Positions 24,660-37,054 of a stretch of DNA of 64,000 nt are shown in pieces. A program made the translations under genes and the position numbers. Source of the stretch: Octopus bimaculoides (Eukaryota); contig NC_068984.1 in NCBI RefSeq assembly GCF_001194135.2, forward strand, positions 52,946,786 through 53,010,785, in the 5' to 3' direction. Numbering within the stretch: position 1 is the stretch's first letter; each line of letters starts with the position of its first letter. Under the pieces are notes generated by a model. That model ran no database searches and was not told the origin of the DNA. It saw only the letters and a list, made by a program, of their open reading frames with translations.

Positions 24660-24735
24660 GTCTCTGATGATTGAATACCCAGTGCATGGATATGCTAACC
24701 AACCACTTGGGTTATCCCAGAAACAGCTGTAAGAC
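24660..24735 (+). ncRNA. Type I hammerhead ribozyme motif (intact core)
   Basis: GTCT|CTGATGA|long imperfect stem II (CCCAGTG/CACTTGGG)|GAAA C AGCT GTA|AGAC. Stem I is GTCT:AGAC, stem III is 2 bp with a palindromic AGCT loop, and the predicted cut is after A24731. The base of stem II is imperfect. Confidence 0.65.
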
Positions 24736-24817
24736 TTGAAATTCACCTTACCCTAATTAATTTATTCTAAATAACTTGAGATACTAATTCTGCCTTGGTT
24801 TTGATTATATATATATA

Positions 24818-26052
24818 TACTAGCAGAGGCACCCGGCGTTGCCCGGGAATGAAATTGTTGCTTATATACTTGAAGAAAAAAAGCAAAATATGTTGTATAG
24901 AAATTTGAGGACATTCTGTAGATGGACTCTCAGATGAATGATGGCTGGGCACCTCTCATGAAAGGGAAAATTGAAGATGCGCCAAAAAGCCTCATTGGTA
25001 CTTGGAAACTTTTACAAAAATTACAATTGGGATTAAATGAAAAAAATGATTTTCATGAATATCCTCACAAGAGTAATTGAAATAAATGGCGATTGTGGAA
25101 CCCCCCACGCACACATAGTATCATACATCAGATGAAATGGACGTGTGTGTGTGACAGAGAGAGAGAGAGAGAGGTTTGTTGTCATGTATACGTACATGCA
25201 TAAATATGCATACATCTTTGTGTGTGTGTGTGTATGAGAGAGAGAGTAAATACTACATACACACCGCTCTCTCACTCTGTCTCACACACATACATCCAAA
25301 AATGATGGATGCATATGACAACACAAGCCTTGACTCACTCACACTGTGTCTCTTACAAACACACACATACATAAATGTGTACAAACATATTTACAAAGAC
25401 ACACGTGTGTATGCACACGCATGTGTGTATTGTGTGTGTGAGATAGAGAGAGAGAGAGATAGAGAGGGGGTGAAAGAGAATATTGCGAAGAATGAATGAA
25501 ATAAACATGAAATGAAAAAGTCGTATAAATAAAAGCTCTTGTACGGAATGTTTAAATTTGTGGACTTAGTAAATATTTCGAACCTTTTAAAAGAAGTGAA
25601 TCATAAATATGAAGAGCCTAACATTTATCCGAGGTCAAATTATTTATGCATCACAAGTATGGAAGCATTTATTGAAGTCGATTTCACTTGAAAAGCGAAT
25701 ACACAAAAACATCAAAATAGAGAGTGAAGCTTTTTGCCGTTGCTACGTCAATACCGGAAGTTGACATTGCATCACAAGTATGTAAGCATTTGGTACAAAA
25801 ACGTCAAAATAGAGAGTGAAGCTTTTTGCCGATGTTACGTCAATACCGGAAGTTGACATTGAGGAACCTTTTTGAAGAAGTGAATCTTAAATATAAAGCA
25901 ATATTATTTATTTTTAATTAAAAAATCAAATGAAGAGCCTAACATTTATCTGAGGTCAAATTATTCATGCATCACAAGTATGGAAGCATTTGGTGAAGTC
26001 GATTTCACGTGAAAAGCGAATACACAGACATCTCTGTTTTATATATTAGAAG

Positions 26053-26054
<2 letters not shown>
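24818..26054 (+). mobile_element. Non-autonomous Helitron/Helentron-like element
   Basis: 5' TACTAGCAG with a CCCGG-CGTTGC-CCGGG hairpin (24832-24847), internal microsatellites, internal tandem duplications (92 bp; ~320 bp apart) and a 3' end TTTTATATATTAGAAGAT. Inserted in (TA)n. Confidence 0.6.
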
Positions 26055-26084
<30 letters not shown>

Positions 26085-26656
26085 TTATGAGAGTGTATCA
26101 TCATCATCCTTTAACGTCATTTTCCATGCTGGCAAGCCAGAGAGCTGTACTAGGTTCCAGGCTGATTTGGCTTGGTTTCTACATCTGCCACATAGAAAGT
26201 ATTGATGTGGGTGCTAGTGTCACATAAAAATTACTGCTGATGCTGCCATGTAAAAACACTCAGTAAACTCTGGAAAATAGTTGGCATTAGGAAGGGCATC
26301 CATCTGTAGAAACCAAATCAAAACAGACTATGGAGCTTGGTGTAGCACCTGACCTTGCCAGTTCCTGTCAAGCCATCCAACTCATGCCAGCATGGAAAAC
26401 AGATGTCAAATGTCGATGATAATATTAACTAAGTTACAAAACCATGTGAACAGTCCAGTTTTCTAATGTAAATGGGTCTTGGAGACTTTTTCATTCAATA
26501 CATAATATTAGCCATGTCCAACTGCATGCAATCAAAGTTTCCCATTTCAGACTTCTTTTAATATAATATTCTAGTTTTTTGATCTCTCTAACAGATTCTG
26601 ACTACTGGTGACTATACCTAAAATATACCTGGCCGTCATAATTTCATATTCTAAAT

Positions 26657-27010
26657 TCATCATCATCGTTTAACGTTTGCCTTCCATGCTAGCATGGGTT
26701 GGACGATTTGATTGTGGACTGGCAAACCAGAAGACTGCACCAGGCTCCAATCTGATCTGGCAGCGTTTCTACAGCTGGATGCCTTTCCTAATGCCAACCA
26801 CTCCGAGAGTGAGGTGGGTGCTTTTACATGCCACTGGCATGAGGGCTAGTCAGGCAGTACTGGCAACGGCAACGCTCAAAATGGTGTATTATACATGCCA
26901 CTTGCACAGGAGCCAGTCCAGTGGCACTGGTAACGACCTCGATCGAATGTTTTTTCACATGCCACCAGCACAAGTGCCAGTAAGGCGATGCTGGTAATGA
27001 TCGCGCTATC
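26657..27010 (-). mobile_element. (GAT)n-tailed LINE 3' end copy
   Basis: (CAT)n CGTTTAACG...GGATGCCTTTCCTAATGCCAACC plus internal modules. Confidence 0.8.
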
Positions 27011-27111
27011 TGATTTAAAATATTTAGATGACAATGAATTAGGAAACGTGCCTCTAAGAAAATAAAAAGTAATATGTGAAAAATGAAATGAAAATTAAAT
27101 ATTTTATTCAT

Positions 27112-27705
27112 ATCATCATCATTATCATCATCGTTTAACGTCTGCTTTCCATGCTAGCATGGGTTGGACGATTTGACTGAGGACTGGTGAACCAGATGGC
27201 TACACCAAACTCCAATCTGATTTGGCAGAGTTTCCACAGCTGGATGCCCTTCCTAACGCCAACTACTCCGAGAGTGTAGTGGGTGCTTTTACGTGCCACA
27301 GGCACGAAGGCCAGTCAGGGGGTACTGGCAACGGCCACGCTCGAAATGGTGTATTTTACGTGCCACCTGCACAGGAGCCAGTCCAGCAGTACTGGCAACG
27401 AACTCGCTTGAATGTCTTTTCATGTGCCAGGAGGGCGACGTTGGTAACGATCATGCTCAAATGGTGCTATTTACGTGCCCCTGGCATGGAAGCCAGACAG
27501 CTGGTGCTCTGGCAATGACCATGCTCAGACGGTGCTCTTAGTGATCTACTGGTACAGGTGCCATCACGATTTCACTTTCACTTGCCCCAACAGGTCTTCG
27601 CAAGNNNNNNNNNNACGATTTCACTTTCACTTGCCCCAACAGGTCTTCGCAAGCCGAGTTTAGTGTTGAATGAAGAGACGTTGGCATGGGTGCCAGTCTT
27701 GACTA
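27112..27705 (-). mobile_element. Long (GAT)n-tailed LINE 3' end copy
   Basis: Same family as 59151-59600 in reverse orientation, with more internal modules. Interrupted by a 10-N gap. Confidence 0.8.
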
Positions 27706-29759
27706 TTCTAATCACATAACGTGATTAAATATAGAAATGTTTAAAATAACTGCAATTAACAGTATTAATTGTTGAACAAGACCAAAATTTACTTAATGAG
27801 AAAATTGCCAAATATTAAATGAAGGATGAATATGGAAAATCGTGTGTAAGCTACATCTTGCTAAAATGATATCATGTCAAGCAGTTGAGAGAAGGGTTCA
27901 TGCTTTGCAATCCTATTGCTGGCACTTCATTGTGTCCATGACCAAGATGTTAAATATTCAGTAGATCAGTTCATTTAGTTATAGGTAGTTACTAATGTAA
28001 ACATAACTTGCTACTACTGTAAAAAGTGGATATTGTATAATTGATGAGTAGGCTAAATCCCAGTAATCATCATCATCATCATTTAACATCCATTTTCCAT
28101 GCTGGTATGGACTAAGGGGGCTTGACTGGAGCTGGTAAGGCCAGGGACCACACCAAGCTCCATTGTCTGTTCTAGCATGGTTTCTACAGCTGGATGCCCT
28201 TCCTAATGCCAACCACTCCATAGTGTACTGTGTGCTTTTTTATGTGGCACCAGCACTGGTATAAATTCTGACATGGCAGATGGGTTTTGAGTACAGCAGA
28301 GTACCAGATATCTTGGTCCTTCTAAAGAGATGAGTAAAGGGAAATATAAATCCTATAGCTCATAAAAATTCTATGAATACTTACTAACAGTAATTATATA
28401 TACTTTGTTTTTAAGTAATTCTTCAAGAAAACGCTACATGTTTGTTGTTACTGAAATCTTGGTGCATAGCCACATGTAGCTCAGTCTACAGGAAAAGAGC
28501 ATTGCATGTAAAAGTTTATATAATCTTTATTTATATATCCTTAAAGAAACAGGCTGGTGACTGGAATGCTTCTGATCATAAGTTTGCTAAGACAGAGTTG
28601 ACATGGTGCTAAATAATAATATATCATTTCTTTCAAGATTCTTCTACATATTATAATTTACTTATTTGCATGCTGAGGAGCAAGATGAGTATGTTGGGTA
28701 GGTAGCTTACATAAAAAAGAAAAATATTAGGATTGGATTGAGAAATGTGGGAAAAAGGAACCCAACTGCATTCTAATAGAAATTAAGCAGATCTGTTAAA
28801 CAGCTAAGAAGGAGCAACTCTGCTGTCAGTTGATTTACTAGAAATAGCAGTCAATTTACCCTCAAAATAGACTCCACTGTCTAAAAAACAATGGAAGGAT
28901 ACTTTGGACAATGTAGTTCTAAGTATGTAAATATGAGAATGTCAAAGCTAGAATGTTTTTGATCCTTGGTCTGCTTGATCAGGGCTGGCCTTGGGCTATA
29001 CGACAATAGCATTTAAAACTTTTCAGTCAAATAATTCAGTGACTTCATTCATAAGTGATATTACATTGATTTATGGGCAAGATAACACTACTGTCCCAAT
29101 GAGAGACATGGATTGCACTAAAAATATATTTAGTAGTGAGCCACTCATAGGTTAAGTGTGTAACATGAACTATTCAAATAAACATAAATGGATTTTTTTA
29201 CAGCATAGTTAAGAGAAGAGGAAGGTAGAAAAGAAAGGAAGAAATGATGACTCATTAGTTGTTCTTAGAACAGGCATAGGCAATCTTTTTTGATGACACA
29301 TGGCTTATCATGTAGATCACACTACTTAAAAAAATTTCAAGGTAATTTTTTCTTAGGCATGCCATTCAGAAAGTTTTGTAGGCTGCACTTACAAGAAATT
29401 CAGTTGGGTTACTTGACTAGAGACCTGATTCAAATTCTTGCAACAGAAGGAGCTTTGCTTTAGGCACACAAAAAAAAAAAACAGCCAGGTTTGGATCAAC
29501 CTGAGGCTTTTGGTAGAAGACATCTGCCTAAGATACCATGCAGCAAGACAAACGTTGAAGCACAGGGTCGCGAAGCAAATGTCTTGACCATACTCATCAT
29601 TTAACATTTGTTTCCATGTTGGCATGGGTTTGACAAGATCTGATGAGTTGGAGGACAACATTGAGCTTCAGCATTTGTCATGACAGTTTCTACAGGTGGA
29701 TGCCCTTCCTAATACCAGTTTGGAGTGTACTAAAAGCGCAAGTTGGAGTTCTTAAAATC

Positions 29760-30430
29760 GGATCTTTTGTTTGGCTGCCAATTTTAAATTTCTGTTCCAA
29801 TTGATTTCATATTAGGTGTAATGATGTAGTTTTGTATGCTAATCTTTGACATAAAATTCATTTTTGCCATAAATCAATAAGTAAAGAGTTAACAGCTTCT
29901 AAAGTTTGCAAATTTTGAGTAATTTTAGCCAACTGAAAACCAGACATATAGGTGCTGGTTTCCATAGTAACAAGCCAAGCTGCTATTCACGCGGTCATTT
30001 TTGGTTTATTGGATGTTGGTCGTGAAATGTGCTAAAAAGGCCTTAAATCAGACATAAATTTTTTTGTGTTTTGTATAATTGTATGAATTACCGTGTGTAG
30101 AATACAAATTCGGGAAAGTTTTCTGAAAATTCCAAAAAATGAAAAAGTTATGACGATTTATATGGCGTGCGTAAAGCAGAATTCCGCCAATATTTCGTCT
30201 GTTTAGTTGACAACATGTGCTGTCACGCACAAAATCACAGCTTCCAAATCCTGTTTTCTGATTGGGTAAAAATGATCAAACTTTAAACCTCTGGAACTTT
30301 TTAAAAACTTTTCTGGAAAAAGTGAATTACCTCCTGAGGTTCAGCGTGGAAAATTACATCAGTTCACCAAATTTTAAAATTTTCACAAAACATTGAAATT
30401 TCAACAGGAGCAACCAAACAGAAGAGATCT
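29760..30430. mobile_element. Possible non-autonomous DNA transposon with degenerate long inverted ends
   Basis: GATCTTTTGTTTGGCTGC..AAATTTC versus the reverse complement of GAAATTTC..GCAACCAAACAGAAGAGATC, plus a second matching TGATGTA.TTTT block further in. Confidence 0.4.
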
Positions 30431-30444
30431 CTAGGATCTCCTGA

Positions 30445-30800
30445 TGAAAGCACATCCGTCACATATATCTCTTGTGCCAGATGCTTCAACCCCCCCCCCC
30501 CTGCAGTATTACACTCATGTTTGGGACGGTGCTGCTACTGCGAACTCAGACATTCTAAAGTACATCCAGAAAGGAACCACTCGATCGATGGTTATAAAGT
30601 CACTCAGAGGCGCACTCTGTTCAACAGGCGAACTGTGTCTCTACTTTTGCCCAACGCTACTATAATGGCTTCTATTCCCTGGAGCTGATTAGACTCATGC
30701 CATTTCCATTCCACACGCTTTCCTTCCCCTCATTACCTCATACCCAGTTCTTGTGTAGAGAATGTCAGTCCACAGGAATTCCTCCTCAGCTTATATCTTT
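30445..30800 (+). mobile_element. Degenerate LINE 3' fragment (CR1/Jockey-like RT C-terminus)
   Basis: YYTHVWDGA...IQK...RR...YYNG..S.EL..LMP, resembling the EY.S.IW.GA / YRYY.G.CS.EL pattern. Confidence 0.55.
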
Positions 30801-31677
30801 CTCCCAAGATGCTGCCTGTCCCTTCCTTCCAACCCAGCAAGTAAAATAAATAAATAAATACCGCAAGAAAAGCTCACTAATAACGGGGAAAGTAAAATAT
30901 AAAAATTCACTTGAATTGCCGAAACGAATAAGTAGATGCTTTGAAATAATTAGAATCACTATCTTCATTCTCAAAACCATAATGATAACATTTAGTTACC
31001 CTAACATTGTTGAAAATAAGACATTTCCTATTATAAAAAATATAGCATAATTGAAAAAAAAAGATTATGTATGAACAAATTTTCAAACACTTCGTTTCGG
31101 TAATTCAGAATGATACATTATTTATTTACACTCTCCATTTATCGCATATTTCATTTTTTTCATAAAAAAAAATAAAGATTACTTAATTTTTTTAATTAGG
31201 AAGTTAGAATTTGGTTAATACAATCAAACTTCTGTAAAAAAAACTCATAAGAATCTAGTGTCTACAAAATAAATATAGTGAAAAAGATTCGTAAAGTTAA
31301 TGTGTGGTGAGGTGAGGCGAATTTTGATGTTCGGGCAGGTTCCTTGTTCGTCAAAATCCACTTGGTCACAATTATACATGAACCTATTTTAGTGTACGAA
31401 TCTTTATAATGTGTGTAATTGCTATTTATATTTTTTTAAAAGTTTTTGACTGTTACCCCATTTTTTACTGAAACCCTATTCGTTTCAATTACAACGAGTG
31501 TTTTGCATTTGAAATACAAAGATAATAAAGATTTTTGTTCTAGCTTCAGAAAAAAAGGTGACAAATCAAATAATTATTTCAGCACAACAGATACCTAAAA
31601 CTAACATTAGCATTAAAGTAGGTAAGACTACAGGGACCCTCATCTAGACTAACAGCGATTATTGCCCCTTTAGAAAC

Positions 31678-31741
31678 CCGGAAGTACATCATATGACGTT
31701 AGTCTTGTGTTACAATTGTACCACATTGTTTGGGCGCGAAA
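31678..31741 (+). promoter_or_regulatory. Putative TATA-less CDK9 proximal promoter
   Basis: ETS core CCGGAAGT (31678-31685), CRE half-site TGACGT (31694-31699) and E2F-like GGCGCGAAA (31733-31741) cluster 80-150 nt upstream of the ATG. A second ETS site (ACTTCCGG, 31940-31947) lies just inside intron 1. Motif matches only. Confidence 0.55.
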
Positions 31742-31823
31742 GCGCTAATATTTTACAAATAAATTGTTTTCTTTATATTCCTAATATTTCATCCTGGCGG
31801 CAGCAACTACTTCCTCGAGCACA

Positions 31824-31915
31824 ATGAATACCAAGTACGATGATTTGGAATATCCATACTGTGATGATGTGAACAAATTTGATAAACTTGCTAAGATCGG
31901 ACAAGGGACTTTCGG
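31824..31915 (+). CDS. CDK9: CDK9 exon 1 (coding part)
   Basis: ATG at 31824; MNTKYDDLEYPYCDDVNKFDKLAKIGQGTF(G), G-loop. Donor GG|GTaat; 92 coding nt. Confidence 0.96.
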
Positions 31916-33479
31916 GTAATTATGGTGTATTTATATTCTACTTCCGGTCCTTTCGTTCATTTTATTTTTTTGTTCAAATAATTAGACACGAAATAAACTT
32001 CATTTATCGATTCTATACATAATTCAATTAAAATAAATTTTAGCGACATAAACTCTAGTGTCACTTTTCAAGTTAATGTTTGTTTTTCTATTATCATGGC
32101 TAGGACCTGAGCATGTTTTCATATGAAAGACGAGTATATTAAAAGGATTAGCTCATTGTTTTTCGCGTTTCCCCACATACTAAATAAAGGGCTTGTGGTG
32201 GATTTGTTCTCGGCGAATAAATTTTGGGATTCTCTTGAAAGTTGTTGAAAGGAAAAGGAAAAAAAAGAGGGTGTAATTTCGTTTTGATTCAAATGATTCA
32301 ACCACGTGGTATTTTAAAACAAATCGCTTAGAACTTTAGGTTTTACTTTATCATATAATTCCCTACTGGAATCTCAGTCATTCTAGGATAACTTTGACTT
32401 TTGTAACTCTTGTACACGCTCAGCCCAGGTCATCTAGTATTTTGTGTACCGTTATCCAATATAGCCTTCATTTAAGATGGTTGGGTGAGATTTGGTTGCT
32501 ATTTCTTACAGCTTAGAAGGCTAAGTAGAGATCCCATCATTGGTTCATAGATTTTGTATGTGTATTCAGAAGTATAGTTGTATAAATATTAATGAGCTTT
32601 GCCTTATTTCTTTTAGAACTGTGATCATTAATAAATTTACGTTCGTTGTTTAACCTTAGCTCAGATACAGCAAATCTAAGATGAAGGCTATCCCAGTCAT
32701 GATCATTGAACATTTCTTTTTAGACTAGTGTGTAATTTGATGGAGACTGGCTGTTATTTTTAGCATCTTCCACGACCGCGTGGACACTTCCTCATTCATT
32801 GATTCATACACTTCTTTGTTTATGTATCCTGTGTAAAAAATACTCTTCATTTTCATGAATCAATTTTCCGTAATGATTGCTGTAGCGATGATCTCATTGT
32901 AATGCGAATGTTTCGTGGTCGGCGTTTCATCGCATTTGATTTCGTCACAAACTACGATGATTCTGTTGCAATCTTTTCTATGACAGGAAGTCATTAGTTC
33001 CGCCAAAGAACGATTAGCGTTCTTTCATTTTATTTTTCTTGCGTCCCCGACCAAAAGTGACCTTTTGATCGAATCCATGTAGAGTTTATTGGATTGTCAT
33101 CACAACATATAGTGTGCACTTATCTTTTCTCTGGAGTGAACAATCCTACTTTATACACGCACACAAATATATATATATATTATGTAGATAGGGTTATAAT
33201 ACAAACTGTCCTCTTGAAGCACATCTACTTATTCCAATACTCCAAAATCGTATGTAGATTTAATATTTCTGAAAGGTATGCATAAAAGTTGGAAAATACT
33301 TGAAAATATTTTTTGTAGAGTAATTGCATATCAAAATAGAAGGTTAGAAAAAATTGGTATTATTTAGTCATTACACGTATTTCATTTGCTAATAGGAGTT
33401 ACAAAACTGTACATGTAGGACATCTATTAAAGATTTTTCAGACAGAGAATCAATACAAAAAAAGTCTACCAAACCATAA

Positions 33480-34290
33480 TAGTGGAGTTTCAATGATTGT
33501 TTGTGAGAACAGTATGCTGATAATCCAGTTCTTATAGCAGAATTTGTGGAAGATTTGGAAAAATTCTTGATATGAAAGAAAAACTTGGAAGTGAAAGTAA
33601 GCTTAGTCATGTCTAAAATTGTATTAAATAGAAAAGAAATCAGGACTCTGATGCTGTCAGGGAAATGGCCATGCTCAGTATGCAGAAAAGGAATAGATAG
33701 AAACTCCATACCGTGTACCTTGTATAAACAATCAATATAAAAGTGTAAGTGGGATCACCGGTAGGTTAACAACAGATAACTTTTGTATATGCTAGATGTA
33801 CTAGAGTATTAAGTATGGCATGCACCATGGAAGCAGTTTCTTGTAGCTGCTCATAAGGCTCTCTGGAAGTAGTCAATGGCTTTTGTTCCCTAGATATCCT
33901 ATTTAGCATTTGGTGGGTGGGTGCTGTGAAAGCATAGTGGCCCAAGTAAGAACGAGGTGGAAAAAATTCAGGGAGCTACTACTGCTGGCAACAAAGGGCT
34001 TCTCCTTCAAAGTGAAGGGCAGATTGTAAAGTGAAGTGCTACTTGGTAATGAGACCTGGGCCCTGGATACAGAAGTTTTGTGGAGGCTCCAAATAAGTGA
34101 AGCAAGCATACATTGCTGAATGTATGCTTACACTGACATGTTTGAATAATGCAGTACAAATGACTTGGGAGAAAAGCTGTATATAAAAGATATCAGAAGT
34201 AGTTTGCAAGAGAGAACATTACTCAAAGTGGATGGTGCTTGAGGTAAAGAAAACTGATCTCAAGATGCTGAATCTCACTAAAAAGTAAAG
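33480..34290 (+). mobile_element. Old degenerate copy of the same RTE-type LINE
   Basis: Frameshifted YAD..VLIAE, GKWPCSVCRKGI..NSI, RTRWKKFREL, KGRL, ETWAL and DLKMLNL motifs. A probable 3' UTR remnant lies at ~35150-35290. Confidence 0.75.
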
Positions 34291-37054
34291 AGAAAGAAAC
34301 AATTAATGCTTAGGCAAGCATGGCAGAAATAAAGGAGAATGTTGTTGGCTGGGATGTTTTTGTTGCATTTATCTGTTATATTATTCTACTTCCTTCTCAC
34401 ACTGTGTTTCTCTTTCACAACCTTCTTTCCTGGAATGTTTTCTCTACATTCATCATCTCTTTCCCCTCTTTTTTCCCCCCAACATTTCTTCGTCTCTGTT
34501 CATGCTGCATATATTCTCTACTCCCTTAACTCTATGGTACTTGCCAGTCTCACTTCTCTTTGCTGCATTCACCTACTGCTCCCCATAGTCTCCCTATCTG
34601 GAATACTTCCTCCACATTCTTCTCACTTCTTCTATGGTACCATTTAGCCCCCTCTTCCTCTTCCTGCACTTACCCTATCTTCTTGCATCCTCTGCCTCTG
34701 ATACAGTTCTTTCCCCCAGTTTTTTTACTTCTTTAACACCTCATCACTTCCTCTCTGACCTACATACACGACCCCTACACTTGTCTTTCATTTAGTGACC
34801 AGCAAACCCTTGCCACTCATCTCTCTTTCATGTTCTCTTTTCCTCACACTTGTAGTCATCCTTATAACAATAGAATAACACCAGATACTCCCCCCCCCCA
34901 CACTACTCATCACATTCACCTTTACTACTCTGTCCCTGTCTCACTAAACCTTAACATTAATCCCTTTCTCTTTTCCTTGTCCCTTCCATACTCCCTCCCC
35001 CAACAGTACCTCTCCACCACCACCCTACAATAACTATAAATCTGTTCCTCATCATTACATTACTCTCATCACCATGGCTAAGATCATCACACTCTCTCCT
35101 ATTCTCTTTTCAGTTATAGGGGCTCTTTAGGTTTTTTGCTCTTGCAGGTTGCAAGGTAACCTATCAAGAAAAGTATTTAGTGCTCTCTTTAAAGTGTTTA
35201 GCCTTAGGAAAGACATCCAGCTTTAGAAACCATGCTGAAATTGAGACAATAAATCCAATGCAGTCCTCTGGCTCAGATTATCTTGTTGAAAATTTCAAAT
35301 CACTCCTGCTTAAAATGATTTTATATATATATACAAATACAAAATAGATATAGAAATACATAAATATATATCTCTTTAAAAATGGGGACGGTTGGTTTAT
35401 GATATACCATAAAGGGTTTAGCTTTATGGCATATCTTCAAAATATGGAGGGGGAAAGCCTCGTTACTCAAAGGTAAACAATTGGGAATTATCTCCCTTCG
35501 CTATTGGTTATTGATTTCTGGCTGTGCCATCATCTTGTGGGCTCCAAATAACTAGCAGGAACCTCCTAAAATGGCTGGATGCTCTTCTTGTTGCCAACAC
35601 TTACATGTTTTTCAAGTAAGATCTTATTCTACTGGTCTTCACAAGTGCAGAGCTACAAGACATATTGTTTACAGGGAGTAAAGAGATACATACATGCATG
35701 CACTCAATTATTACTAGTGGGAGTGTTGTCTGATTTTTTTCCCTTCTATAATTGTTTCATCAAGGGTTGTTTCATGTCTTTAGACAATGACTGTCCATAT
35801 AAGGTTTTTATTGGAGGCTATTTTCAACAATTTGTAATCATTGCTTTGTTCTTGGTCAACATTAGTTGAATCTTTGTGCAAATACCAAGTAGTGTGTCCA
35901 TTATTTATACTGAGAAAGAGTATACATGTATTTTGGTATAATCCTTTCAAAACAAAATAAAATAGCAGCTGTTGTTTAAACACAGGTTGTTCTTAATTGG
36001 GTTGGCCTTTGATCAAAGACTGCTGTTATCTCATCTATGTCCTTTGTGCAGAAAACCCACTCAAACATAAAAAGTTCTTCAGTTTGGAAGGAAAACTACT
36101 TGTATGATGAAGTTAACCTTCCGTGGTTAATCCATATAGTCACAATACTTTGAGAGGTGGCAAATTCACAGAATTGCTAGAGTGTTGGATAAAATGCCCC
36201 TTTGACATCTGTCTCAGATCACTGTGCTCCAAATTCAAATCCTGTTATGGTCAGCTTTGTTTTTCATCCTTTCAGGGTTGATAAAACAGAGTACCAGACC
36301 AAAGTAGTGATTGGGAGGAAGTGTTAGAGCATAATTTGAAATTCCTTGTATCTGTTCTATCACTGTATTCTGACTTCAAAATCCTGCCACCTCTCACTGG
36401 AAAAATGAAAAATAAAAGGGCTTTTTGGGGACATTGCAAAAAATGGTGAGAAGCTTGAGAAGGCCTTAAACAAATGCTTATTTCAGTTTATCACACTCAA
36501 CACCAGCTGTTAATAGAGGGAACTTTCAAGTCCTGTACTTAGATTTTCTTATAGTTCTTTTCTGTTAAATTAACACCCATTGATTGCTTTGATGATTATC
36601 ATTTTCAGTTTTACTGTATGAAGTTGGATGTGCTTATGGTTCATTCTAATGTCACAATATTAACAGTAATACACAGTCTTGTCTAGAGATAATTATGACC
36701 TAAAATAAATGCAGTCATATAAATTTACTATATTTTATATAAATTGATTTAGAAAGATGCTGACAGTCATCAGTTAGTTCAGGACTGCTGATTCACCTAA
36801 AATTGCTTCCAAAATGTACAAATAAATAATAGACGCTGCACATAATTGAATGAAGCAAATATGTCACCGAAGAGCCTTTTAACAACACACAATGCTATTA
36901 AATTCTCTTTGAATTTATTTTAGATGTTGAAATTTAATGAAATAAATTTAAAGTGAATTTAACCCATTGACTGTCCTGTAGGTTACGTGAAACACAAGAC
37001 ATATTTCCTTGATGTCCCTGCATTGTATATGAGAGACATTTTATCTTTTATCAT

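Larger units (their letters stand above)
22660..24760. mobile_element. Rearranged Penelope-like locus: RT fragments in both orientations plus LTR-like segments
   Basis: Minus-strand RT (MG.CD.A..C...LYIL..LYRDD..LKITIETNL..DFID; YRPY.KPN..YIN..S.HPP) at ~23330-23976. Plus-strand RT pieces at 23992-24069 and ~24175-24330. A repeated AT-rich LTR-like segment occurs in both orientations. Confidence 0.88.

Noticed and set aside
27566-27653. ~39-bp direct duplication
   Set aside because: Flanks a 10-N gap (27605-27614); likely an assembly artefact.
30800-31670. Divergent gene sharing the CDK9 promoter
   Set aside because: No minus-strand exon with coherent splice sites and frame was found; a non-coding transcript cannot be excluded.
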